Below are positions 56,158-64,000 of a stretch of 64,000 nucleotides of DNA, in pieces; position 1 is the first letter of the stretch; each line of letters starts with the position of its first letter. Source of the DNA: Simiduia curdlanivorans (GTDB lineage Bacteria; Pseudomonadota; Gammaproteobacteria; Pseudomonadales; Cellvibrionaceae); the NCBI RefSeq assembly GCF_030409605.1, contig NZ_JAUFQG010000004.1:540430-604429 (forward strand). Direction: 5' to 3'. The translations under genes and the position numbers were made by a program. The notes under the pieces were generated by a model. It worked only from the letters and a program-made list of their open reading frames with translations, did no database searches and was not told the origin of the DNA.

Positions 56158-56175
56158 TGGGCCGTCCTCTCTTCT

Positions 56176-57042
56176 TTAGCCGCCGGCGTTGCCGGTGGCG
56201 ATACGCATGTAGGCTTGAATCTCATCGCCGCCTACGCGCTTCAATTTAGGGTGATTCCAGTCTGTGATCTCGCCCAGCCCGACAACTAAAACGCCGTTTG
56301 GCTTTAACCTTTCCACCAAGAGATTGAGAATTTCTCTACGCCGCCAACGGCGAAAATAAATTAATAAGTTCTGGCAAAAAATCACATCCATGGGCACGGC
56401 CGGCATCTTACTGATCTCCAGCACATTGCCATGTGTAAAACACACACGATCTCGTATTTTATCGACCACCTGCAGGTTATTTCCCGCGGCGGTGAAGTAT
56501 CTTGCGCGCTCTTGTTGGGTCGCTAATTCGGCCCGCCTCGCCGGATATAAACCCAATCTCGCCTTTTGTAGCGAGGGCAGGCTAATGTCCGTTGCGGTAA
56601 CCCCAAAATAGGGCTCTAGCGCCCCCAGCTCAAAACAGTCGTTGGTCACCATAGCCAAGGTATAGGGCTCTTCGCCGGTGGCGCAACCTACGCTCCAAAT
56701 GTCAAAGCTACCACTGAGCGACTGATTATCGATGCGCGATTGGACTAAACGGCGAACGTATTCGATAGACGGACGATGGCGAAAAAAGCTGGTCTCTTTG
56801 ACTACTAATCGATCGACCAGCACCGACCACTCAACAATGCCCTGCAGCCCATCAATAACCTGACTGAGGTAATCTCGGTAGTCCGCACAATCCAACTCGC
56901 GCATGCGACTGGCAATCTGGGTCTGCAAAAAGGCACGCTGATGCGGCGCAACCTGAATACCAGTGCGATCTTCCAGCAATTTACTCCATTGCTGAAACTC
57001 CGTATCTGACAATTCGGGCAACGCCCGCAACGACCACACCAC
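56176..57042 (-). CDS. pilK: chemoreceptor methyltransferase PilK (CheR-like)
   Basis: 288 aa, CheR-type SAM-dependent MTase (VWSVGCATGEEPYTLAM). Confidence 0.85.
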   Translation of the reverse strand: MVWSLRALPELSDTEFQQWSKLLEDRTGIQVAPHQRAFLQTQIASRMRELDCADYRDYLSQVIDGLQGIVEWSVLVDRLVVKETSFFRHRPSIEYVRRLVQSRIDNQSLSGSFDIWSVGCATGEEPYTLAMVTNDCFELGALEPYFGVTATDISLPSLQKARLGLYPARRAELATQQERARYFTAAGNNLQVVDKIRDRVCFTHGNVLEISKMPAVPMDVIFCQNLLIYFRRWRRREILNLLVERLKPNGVLVVGLGEITDWNHPKLKRVGGDEIQAYMRIATGNAGG

Positions 57043-57062
57043 GCTGCTAAGTCCCGCCTAAC

Positions 57063-59216
57063 TTACGCTTTTTGCGCGCTATCGAGATCTAAGCTACTCA
57101 GCTCGGCATTAAACTCGCCGTCGAGATCAAAGCTCACTTCGTCGTCATCTTCTACGGTATCGTCTAGGGTCAACGCATCTTCATTGTAAGAGCCGCTCAG
57201 CTCTTCCGGTAACTTGAAGCCCGCTACCGATTCACGTAAGTCGAGCGCCATCTCCGCTAGGGTACCAATCGACTGAGCCGTTGCTGAGGTACCAGCCGAT
57301 GTTTGCGAGGTAATCTCTTGAATAACATTCATCGTGTTAGAAATGTGGCCGGCCGATGAGGCCTGCTGACGCGCAGCGTTGGAGATGTTCTGAATCAATT
57401 CCGCCAAGCTGGACGATACGTTTTCAATCTCTTCCAGTGCCACACCCGCATCCTGCGCAAGGCGAGCACCACGTACCACTTCGGCCGTGGTTTGTTCCAT
57501 CGAGATTACCGCTTCGTTGGTATCGTTCTGAATCGTTTTAACCAGCGCCTCAATCTGCTTTGTTGCCGCAGCAGAACGTTCCGCAAGACGCTGTACTTCA
57601 TCCGCTACCACCGCGAAGCCTCGACCAGCGTCACCCGCCATCGATGCCTGAATCGCAGCGTTAAGTGCCAGAATGTTGGTTTGGTCAGCAATGTCGTTAA
57701 TTAGCGATACGATGTCACCAATTTCCTGTGACGATTCACCCAGTCGCTTAATACGCTTCGAGGTGTCTTGAATCTGTTCGCGAATGGTATCCATCCCGTG
57801 GATGGTGTTCTGTACCACTTTTGCACCGTTGCTCGCGATCGATACCGACCGCTCCGCTACCGCGGCCGATTCGGCGGCGTTCGCAGATACCTGATCAATG
57901 GTCACAGCCATTTCATTTACCGCCGCGGAGGCGCCAGCAATTTCTTGCGCCTGGTGTTCAGATGCTTCGGCCAGATGTAATGCTGTTTGCTGGGTTTCCT
58001 GTGCCGCAGACGATACGTTCACAGCCGTTTCGTTGATTCGAGAAACCAGTACACGCAGTTGGTCAATGGTGAAGTTAATGGAGTCAGCAATCGCACCGGT
58101 GAAGTCCTCCGTTACCGTGGCAGTGGTTGTCAGGTCACCATCTGCAAGGTCGGCAAGTTCATCAAGTAGACGCAAAATCGCGTTCTGGTTACGTTCGTTG
58201 GTCTCTTCTTCCACTACCAGTCGCTGGCGCGTTCCCTGGGACCATTGGAAACCGATGGCAACAATGGCAATTACACCGATCAAACCGAGAATAGCGATGG
58301 TTAAGTTGTTTGGTTGACGATCGCCGGCATTGATAACAATCTTGTCAGAAAGATTGGTCAATGCTTCTAGTAAGCGAGGCGAGTCATCGAGAATTTGGTT
58401 AGTTGCCTGCCGGGCTTTAAACAGTGCCGGAGATGCTTCAAATATTTCGCGAATCGAGCTGCTTACGAATTCAAACAACTCAGAAATTTCATCCAAGCTT
58501 CCGACCGCCTCGCGCTCGGTTACACGCGAAATGCTCATCGCAGCATCGCCGCTCTTCATACCTAAGAGCACCTTACCGAACAAGTTGGCATCCAGGTTGA
58601 ACTGATCGGCGGCCTGATCCGCATCGGTACCACCACGGAGCATTTTATCCACGTTTCGACCAATACGTTCAGCACGCCAAGACTGCATCTGGGCAACCGA
58701 TACTTGGTCGGCAGGAGCATCGCTTTCCAACAGAATTTCAACGATATTATTATGTTCCGCCTGCAGTTCTGGCAGAGATTCATTCAGCGTAATAGCCACA
58801 TCGTTTAGGAAGATGATGGTGTCTTTGTTGGTTACGATGGCGTTAGAACTGGCCTTCACACTCTGCCAAATGGCGTCGAAACCAGCGAACTCTTCCGCCA
58901 GCGCTGTGCGGGTATCGATATCCGACGCGCGCAGCCTGTCCCACAGACCGCCCATTTCAGTGATCACCTTGGCTAATTCAGGGAAGGCCTGTTCGTTGCC
59001 CGAGGTGGCTTCACGAGCCAGCGAGGTAACGCGGAATGATAGGGCGCGCAATTCAGCGGTTAATTGCAGATAACTCTGATCTTTCGCGGTGTTTTGTTGC
59101 ACCATATAGAAACTCGCACCCATCAGTACAAGTACAACCAACAGAGCGAGGGCTAAAAAAGCCATCGCTGGGTTGCTTCGCATAGATGCGACTATGCCCC
59201 TTCTTTCATTCTTCAT
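57063..59216 (-). CDS. pilJ: methyl-accepting chemotaxis protein PilJ
   Basis: 717 aa: TM1, a large periplasmic domain, TM2, HAMP and an MCP signalling domain with a conserved hairpin. Confidence 0.9.
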   Translation of the reverse strand: MKNERRGIVASMRSNPAMAFLALALLVVLVLMGASFYMVQQNTAKDQSYLQLTAELRALSFRVTSLAREATSGNEQAFPELAKVITEMGGLWDRLRASDIDTRTALAEEFAGFDAIWQSVKASSNAIVTNKDTIIFLNDVAITLNESLPELQAEHNNIVEILLESDAPADQVSVAQMQSWRAERIGRNVDKMLRGGTDADQAADQFNLDANLFGKVLLGMKSGDAAMSISRVTEREAVGSLDEISELFEFVSSSIREIFEASPALFKARQATNQILDDSPRLLEALTNLSDKIVINAGDRQPNNLTIAILGLIGVIAIVAIGFQWSQGTRQRLVVEEETNERNQNAILRLLDELADLADGDLTTTATVTEDFTGAIADSINFTIDQLRVLVSRINETAVNVSSAAQETQQTALHLAEASEHQAQEIAGASAAVNEMAVTIDQVSANAAESAAVAERSVSIASNGAKVVQNTIHGMDTIREQIQDTSKRIKRLGESSQEIGDIVSLINDIADQTNILALNAAIQASMAGDAGRGFAVVADEVQRLAERSAAATKQIEALVKTIQNDTNEAVISMEQTTAEVVRGARLAQDAGVALEEIENVSSSLAELIQNISNAARQQASSAGHISNTMNVIQEITSQTSAGTSATAQSIGTLAEMALDLRESVAGFKLPEELSGSYNEDALTLDDTVEDDDEVSFDLDGEFNAELSSLDLDSAQKA

Positions 59217-59292
59217 GCTACGCTCCTGACCAACGTTGCGTGTGACTAAAAAATTTCAGCGGGCAAGCCCGCTTAAAAATACGTTTGAGTGG

Positions 59293-59847
59293 TTAATCTT
59301 CTGCCGCGTTCACAAAACGCGGCTCGCCGGCTAAACTCGCCGGGCTAAAAACATTCCATTGGTTCTCGCCCTGACGATAAGCACCACTGACAAAAGGCGA
59401 CAAGGCCTGAGGCAAGTCAGTGCCATCTTCATGGAAAGTATCGACGGGAAAATGTTGCATACCGAATACTTGGTCGACGATTAAACCGGAATAGAGTTCA
59501 TCTCGATCAAGAATCAAAACCCGCCGCTGTTTGCGATGGCTGGAAATTTTTGAACCAAAAAAAGCCGCCAAGTCAAACAGCGGTAACAAGCGACCACGCA
59601 CGTTCGCAACACCGCGCACCCAAGGCTGAACGCCGGGCAATCGCGTGTAAGGTGGCACTTCGAGCATTTCACTAATTTCATCCATAGGTGCAACGAAACG
59701 CCGCCCCATCAGTGAAAAACCGATTCCACTCCAATGCGGCTTAATAGCAACCTGGGCTGGCAAACCTCGAGCGAAGTGCTTACTGCGGCCAGCAAGCTCA
59801 ACTAAGGCCTGAAAAGCTCTTGATTCCTTTGCCTGTGGCTCTGACAT
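59293..59847 (-). CDS. pilI: CheW-like protein PilI
   Basis: 184-aa CheW-like domain between pilH and pilJ. Confidence 0.85.
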   Translation of the reverse strand: MSEPQAKESRAFQALVELAGRSKHFARGLPAQVAIKPHWSGIGFSLMGRRFVAPMDEISEMLEVPPYTRLPGVQPWVRGVANVRGRLLPLFDLAAFFGSKISSHRKQRRVLILDRDELYSGLIVDQVFGMQHFPVDTFHEDGTDLPQALSPFVSGAYRQGENQWNVFSPASLAGEPRFVNAAED

Positions 59848-59878
59848 GAATTCCTCGTTACACCAATTAATTCAATGC

Positions 59879-60241
59879 CTAGGCCATTGCGTCAGCAATA
59901 GCTTGCACTAAGGTCTTTTCGCTAATGGGTTTGGTCAAATAGGCTTTTGCCCCCTGACGCATGCCCCAAACGCGATCAGTTTCCTGATCTTTAGTGGTGA
60001 CAATAATAACGGGAATATGCGCCGTTTCACTCGCCTTGCTAAGCTGGCGAGTTGCCTGAAAACCATTGAGGCCAGGCATAACAATGTCCATTAACACCAA
60101 ATCTGGGCGCTCTTTTTTCGCGACAGCAACACCCTGCTCACCGTTCTCGGCGGTAATGACGGCATGGCCATTTTTCTCGAGAATACTCGTCAGCTTGTAA
60201 GTTTCTGTGGGTGAATCGTCGACGATTAGCACTTTTGCCAT
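59879..60241 (-). CDS. pilH: CheY-like response regulator PilH
   Basis: 120-aa single REC domain (VLIVDDSPTE, D52 in LVLMDIVMPGLNG, K in LTKP). Confidence 0.9.
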   Translation of the reverse strand: MAKVLIVDDSPTETYKLTSILEKNGHAVITAENGEQGVAVAKKERPDLVLMDIVMPGLNGFQATRQLSKASETAHIPVIIVTTKDQETDRVWGMRQGAKAYLTKPISEKTLVQAIADAMA

Positions 60242-60302
60242 AGGTCCCCCGGGAACATCTCGTTTTTGTTATTGACGTGTGGGCGGCTAAGCCAACCCTT
60301 CT

Positions 60303-60698
60303 TTAAGATGCTTTTGCCTGACCCACGTGGGTCTGGATAGCACCAAGCAGTTCCGTCTTTGAGAATGGCTTGGTCAAATATTGATCAGAGCCTACTATCC
60401 TGCCTTTAGCCTTATCAAAAAGGCCATCCTTGCTCGATAGCATGATTACTGGAGTCGATTTAAACTCGCTATTGTTCTTAATAAGAGCACAAGTTTGATA
60501 GCCATCTAAACGCGGCATCATGATATCCACAAAGATGATATCAGGCCGTGTATCGGCGATCTTCGCCAGCGCATCAAAACCATCGGTTGCTGTAATGACA
60601 GTGCAACCGGCCTTATTCAGTAATGTTTCTGCCGTTCGACGAATCGTTTTACTGTCGTCGATCACCATAACTTTCAGGCTTTCCAGATTGACGTCCAT
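60303..60698 (-). CDS. pilG: CheY-like response regulator PilG
   Basis: 131 aa. LKVMVIDDSKTIRRTAETLL..GFDALAKIADTRPDIIFVDIMMPRLDGYQTCALIK is near-identical in pattern to P. aeruginosa PilG. Confidence 0.9.
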   Translation of the reverse strand: MDVNLESLKVMVIDDSKTIRRTAETLLNKAGCTVITATDGFDALAKIADTRPDIIFVDIMMPRLDGYQTCALIKNNSEFKSTPVIMLSSKDGLFDKAKGRIVGSDQYLTKPFSKTELLGAIQTHVGQAKAS

Positions 60699-61023
60699 AA
60701 TGTATGTGTGCCTTTCGCTTTAATTTGTACCTCGACCAGGCCTCATACCAAAGGCGGCTAATCGTTGCACGATCAGCATAGCAGTCCCAAGAAAATATGA
60801 CGACTGACCTGGATTTTCGACGAAGTGACCGCCGACTGAATGTTTTAACACAGTTGTTAAGCTTACGCTATAAGCGCCTGAATAAAATGGGAATTTACCC
60901 GCAACGTGACGCACCCTATAGCTCTAAAAAGCCGATGACGTTATCCTTCAACTCAAGGACGACTCAAGCCAGTCTTCCCTCAGCCTAAAGAACTAATTTT
61001 GCGCGCCAAACATGAGGTAACCT
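60699..61023. promoter_or_regulatory. divergent pilG / gshB promoter region
   Basis: 325-bp non-coding spacer between divergent starts, in the same arrangement as P. aeruginosa PA0407/PA0408. Confidence 0.35.
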
Positions 61024-61989
61024 ATGACAATTCGCTTAGGTGTCGTTATGGACCCCATCCATACCTTCAACCCGAAGAAAGACACCACCGTCGTCCTCAT
61101 GCAAGCTGCCCTTGCCGCTGGCTGGGAAGTTATCGGCTTTGAGCAGGGCGACCTATGGCTAGATCAGGGCGCAGCCAAAGGTCTCGGTCGCCGCCTTCAG
61201 GTCAATGCCGACGCCCACACCCAACCCAACCACTGGTATCAGGCCGACGAGCCAGTGCCACTGAATCTGGGCGAGCTCGACGTACTGCTCATGCGCAAAG
61301 ACCCTCCCTTCGACAGCGAGTATGTGTACAGCACTTACATCCTCGAGGCGGCGCAGCGCCAGGGTGCACTGGTGGTTAACGACCCGCAAAGCTTGCGCGA
61401 CTGCAACGAGAAGGTATTTGCCACCCAATTTCCAGACTGCTGCCCACCGGTATTGGTGACCCGCAATAACAAGCTGCTACGCGAATTCCATAAAACCCAC
61501 AGCGACGTGATTTTTAAGCCACTCGACGGCATGGGCGGTAGCGGCATATTCCGAGTAAAGGCGGACGACCCCAATGTCGGTGTGATTCTCGAAACCCTCA
61601 CCCATTTCGGCACAGAGACCATTATGGCGCAGCGTTACTTGCCGGAAATCAAGGCCGGCGACAAGCGCATACTGGTCATCGACGGCGAACCCGTGCCCTA
61701 CAGCCTCGCGCGCATACCCAGCCAAGGCGAAACCCGCGGCAACTTGGCCGCCGGTGGCACAGGCGTGGCGCAGCCGCTGTCGGAGCGGGACCGTTGGATT
61801 GTCGCACAGGTGGCACCTAGCCTCGTCGCCAAAGGCCTGCTGTTCGTTGGCCTCGATGTCATTGGCGATTACTTAACCGAAATCAATGTCACCAGCCCAA
61901 CCTGTGCGCGGGAAATCAATAACGCCTTTGATACCGATATTGGCGGGCTGCTCATCGCCGCAATCGCCAAGCGTTTAGAGGCTAAATAG
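61024..61989 (+). CDS. gshB: glutathione synthetase
   Basis: 321 aa, ATP-grasp. Collinear with GshB (MTIRLGVVMDPI...KPLDGMGGSGIF...). Confidence 0.9.
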   Translation: MTIRLGVVMDPIHTFNPKKDTTVVLMQAALAAGWEVIGFEQGDLWLDQGAAKGLGRRLQVNADAHTQPNHWYQADEPVPLNLGELDVLLMRKDPPFDSEYVYSTYILEAAQRQGALVVNDPQSLRDCNEKVFATQFPDCCPPVLVTRNNKLLREFHKTHSDVIFKPLDGMGGSGIFRVKADDPNVGVILETLTHFGTETIMAQRYLPEIKAGDKRILVIDGEPVPYSLARIPSQGETRGNLAAGGTGVAQPLSERDRWIVAQVAPSLVAKGLLFVGLDVIGDYLTEINVTSPTCAREINNAFDTDIGGLLIAAIAKRLEAK

Positions 61990-61993
61990 CACC

Positions 61994-62905
61994 ATGAGTG
62001 AAGCGCTAGCGCCCACCGCCCCTGGGGTAACAAATAGCGAGAGCCAAGGCGATCGGCTGACCTTTACCTTGTTTGTCGCCATAGCCTTTCACGCATTGGT
62101 GATTTTGGGTGTTGGCTTCAGTATCGATCCCGCCGGCGGCAAAATGCCAACCTTGGAAATAACGCTGGCAAACCACAAAAGTGCAACGGCGCCAGAGAAA
62201 GCGGATTTTCTAGCTCAACAGGATCAAGAGGCGAGCGGCACTATCGACGAAGCCAAAGCTCAAACCACGGATCAGTCGGCCGAGTTCTTCGCGCCATCCA
62301 TCAACGACGTCAACCCCATGCCCCAGCAGCGCCAAATCAAGCCCAGCGAAAGGCGCGACGACCAGCTGGTGACCACCACCAGCAAGAGCAGCCACAGCGC
62401 CAGCCTGCAGCTAGACCAACCCACGCCGGAGCAGGAAGAGCGCGATGGCGAAATTGAGGAGCGACCCAACTACAACGAGGAAATTGCCAGCCTAATGGCG
62501 GAAATCGATCGCCAGCGCCAGCAATACGCCAAGCGGCCGAGAGTGAGGCACCTCACCTCCGTGGCCACCAAGAGCTCGGCCGAAGCTGCCTACCTACTGA
62601 AATGGACAGACAAAGTCGAGTTTGTCGGCAACCGCAACTTCCCCGAGGAAGCCTTGCGCAAAGAAATTTTTGGCACGCTGACTATCGCAGTCCGGATCAA
62701 ACCGGATGGCCAAATAGATCGGCTCGAGATCACCTCGCCCTCGGGCTATCGTCTACTCGACGATGCGGCAATGGCCATCATCCGCGACGCTTCACCCTTC
62801 GCGCCCATTCCCTTGGATGTACTTAAAGATCACACCCACCTGGAAATTGTGCGCTCACTTAGCTTTGAAATAAGCGGCCTGAAATCGCGCGAAGCGCTAA
62901 ATTAG
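61994..62905 (+). CDS. tonB: TonB-family energy transducer (TonB3-like)
   Basis: 303 aa: N-terminal TM helix, Pro/Gln-rich spacer and a C-terminal TonB domain (GTLTIAVRIKPDGQIDRLEITSPSGYRLLDDAAMAIIRDASPFAPIP). Confidence 0.75.
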   Translation: MSEALAPTAPGVTNSESQGDRLTFTLFVAIAFHALVILGVGFSIDPAGGKMPTLEITLANHKSATAPEKADFLAQQDQEASGTIDEAKAQTTDQSAEFFAPSINDVNPMPQQRQIKPSERRDDQLVTTTSKSSHSASLQLDQPTPEQEERDGEIEERPNYNEEIASLMAEIDRQRQQYAKRPRVRHLTSVATKSSAEAAYLLKWTDKVEFVGNRNFPEEALRKEIFGTLTIAVRIKPDGQIDRLEITSPSGYRLLDDAAMAIIRDASPFAPIPLDVLKDHTHLEIVRSLSFEISGLKSREALN

Positions 62906-62943
62906 TCGCTTGTTTTTTCGTCGACTAACCCCATACTGATGCT

Positions 62944-63537
62944 ATGAGTAAATCTAAAAAAATTAATCGAGATGAGTTGAAAGCAGGTAGCCTCAAAGGC
63001 CGCTTTTTAGTGTCTATGCCCTGCCTGCAAGACCCTTACTTCAACCACTCAATCACCTATATCTGCGACCACAGCGAAGATGGCGCCATGGGTTTAGTAC
63101 TGAACCACCCGCTAAGCGATATCAATGTGGGCGATATTTTCCAGCAGTTGGATTTAGTCACCGACCAAGAGCTCGCCAATGAGCCGGTGTTCTCCGGCGG
63201 CCCGGTACAGAAAGAGCGCGGTTTTGTGCTCCACCCCCAGGGCCAAGAGTGGGACTCGACCATTGCCATATCAGACAAGGTCAACCTCACCGCATCGAAA
63301 GACATCCTCGCCTCCATGGCCGCCGGTCACGGCCCCACCAGGGCCATAGTGGCACTGGGCTATGCGGGCTGGGAAGCTGGGCAGCTGGAAGACGAAATTG
63401 CCAACAACGCCTGGATTACTCTCGATGGCGACGATTCATTGCTGTTCGATACACCGGCCCATTTGCGCTGGTCTGCGGCGGCAAAGATGCTCGGTTTCGA
63501 TCTGAACTTGCTATCCAATCACGTAGGTCATGCGTGA
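62944..63537 (+). CDS. yqgE: UPF0301 protein YqgE/AlgH
   Basis: 197 aa. The GRFLVSMPCLQDPYFNHSITYICDHSEDGAMGLVLN signature is found across the YqgE/AlgH family. Confidence 0.85.
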   Translation: MSKSKKINRDELKAGSLKGRFLVSMPCLQDPYFNHSITYICDHSEDGAMGLVLNHPLSDINVGDIFQQLDLVTDQELANEPVFSGGPVQKERGFVLHPQGQEWDSTIAISDKVNLTASKDILASMAAGHGPTRAIVALGYAGWEAGQLEDEIANNAWITLDGDDSLLFDTPAHLRWSAAAKMLGFDLNLLSNHVGHA

Positions 63538-63962
63538 CGCAAACCATCATCGCCTTCGACTTCGGCACCCAAAATATTGGCGTCGCCTACGGCCAAACCC
63601 TGACCAACACTGCGCGGGAATTACAGGCACTAAAAGCCAAAGACGGCATACCTAACTGGTTAGACATAGAGCGACTACTGCAGCAGTGGCAACCGTCACT
63701 ACTGCTCGTTGGCTTGCCATTAAACATGGACGGCAGCGAAAGCGAGCTAGCCACTCGGGCGCGAAAGTTTGGCAACCGGCTACATGGCCGCTTTGGCACC
63801 CAAGTGGCGCTATGGGATGAACGGCTTAGCACGCGCGAAGCTAAAGCAGAGGCGCAAGAGCGCGGCCACAAAGGTCACTATAAAAGCGATCCGATAGATT
63901 CCATTGCCGCGCGGTTAATTTTAGAAAGTTGGTTGAATGAGCATGTGGCAGCTAACAGCTAA
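63534..63962 (+). CDS. ruvX: putative pre-16S rRNA nuclease / Holliday-junction-resolvase-like YqgF (RuvX)
   Basis: GTG start overlapping the yqgE TGA (GTGA). N-terminus TIIAFDFGTQNIGVAYGQ matches the RuvX/YqgF start. ~142 aa. Confidence 0.8.
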   Translation: MTQTIIAFDFGTQNIGVAYGQTLTNTARELQALKAKDGIPNWLDIERLLQQWQPSLLLVGLPLNMDGSESELATRARKFGNRLHGRFGTQVALWDERLSTREAKAEAQERGHKGHYKSDPIDSIAARLILESWLNEHVAANS

Positions 63963-64000
63963 CAGCTAACAGCTAACAGCTAACAGCTAACAGCTAACAG
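63949..64000. repeat. (AACAGCT)n heptamer tandem array, at least 7 units, running off the window end
   Basis: gctAACAGCTAACAGCTAACAGCT... begins inside the last codons and stop of ruvX and continues to position 64000. Confidence 0.7.

Noticed and set aside
57356-58605. Multiple 60-140-aa plus-strand ORFs within pilJ
   Set aside because: They are antisense to the MCP signalling domain, which is conserved throughout. They are Ser/Ala/Arg-rich artefacts.
1-64000. tRNA/rRNA genes
   Set aside because: I scanned intergenic regions for T-loop-like GGTTCGAATCC and anticodon-stem patterns and for rRNA-like conserved blocks. None were found, and all sizable non-coding stretches are accounted for by promoters, terminators or repeat elements.

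Overview
This 64-kb window is chromosomal DNA of a Pseudomonas-like gammaproteobacterium with roughly 55 % GC. It shows textbook synteny with the P. aeruginosa PA0403-PA0415 region: gshB, divergent pilG-pilH-pilI-pilJ-pilK-chpA-chpB-chpC, then tonB-yqgE-ruvX(yqgF). Housekeeping genes include ahcY-metF-rsmE, pntAA-pntAB-pntB, serA, rarD and an aldehyde dehydrogenase. I found no rRNA, tRNA, CRISPR array, integrase or transposase. Four parts look accessory or unusual. (1) A six-gene minus-strand operon at 25147-35092 joins YjfI-like, PspA/IM30 (ESCRT-III-like), YqiJ/NfeD-like and flotillin genes to a 1758-aa protein with an AAA_5 (MoxR/dynein-type) ATPase module and a zinc-ribbon protein. Three perfect ATTACATGTAAT palindromes sit in front of it. 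This is my best candidate for an undescribed membrane-remodelling or envelope-stress system. (2) A four-gene plus-strand operon at 5075-11471 encodes two over-long di-heme CCP/MauG-family enzymes, a patatin-like lipase whose Ser and Asp motifs are separated by a polytopic membrane insertion, and a small secreted Cys/Trp-rich protein. (3) A low-GC islet at 16.1-18.5 kb holds only hypothetical, Sel1 and DUF4279-like genes. (4) Heptanucleotide tandem-repeat arrays (ACAGYTN / CAACTGC / AACAGCT) recur in several intergenic hairpin elements, and a 320-bp MITE-like nested inverted-repeat element lies between convergent genes at 38.3-38.6 kb. Coordinates of refined starts come from the ORF track plus amino-acid offsets and may be off by a few nucleotides.
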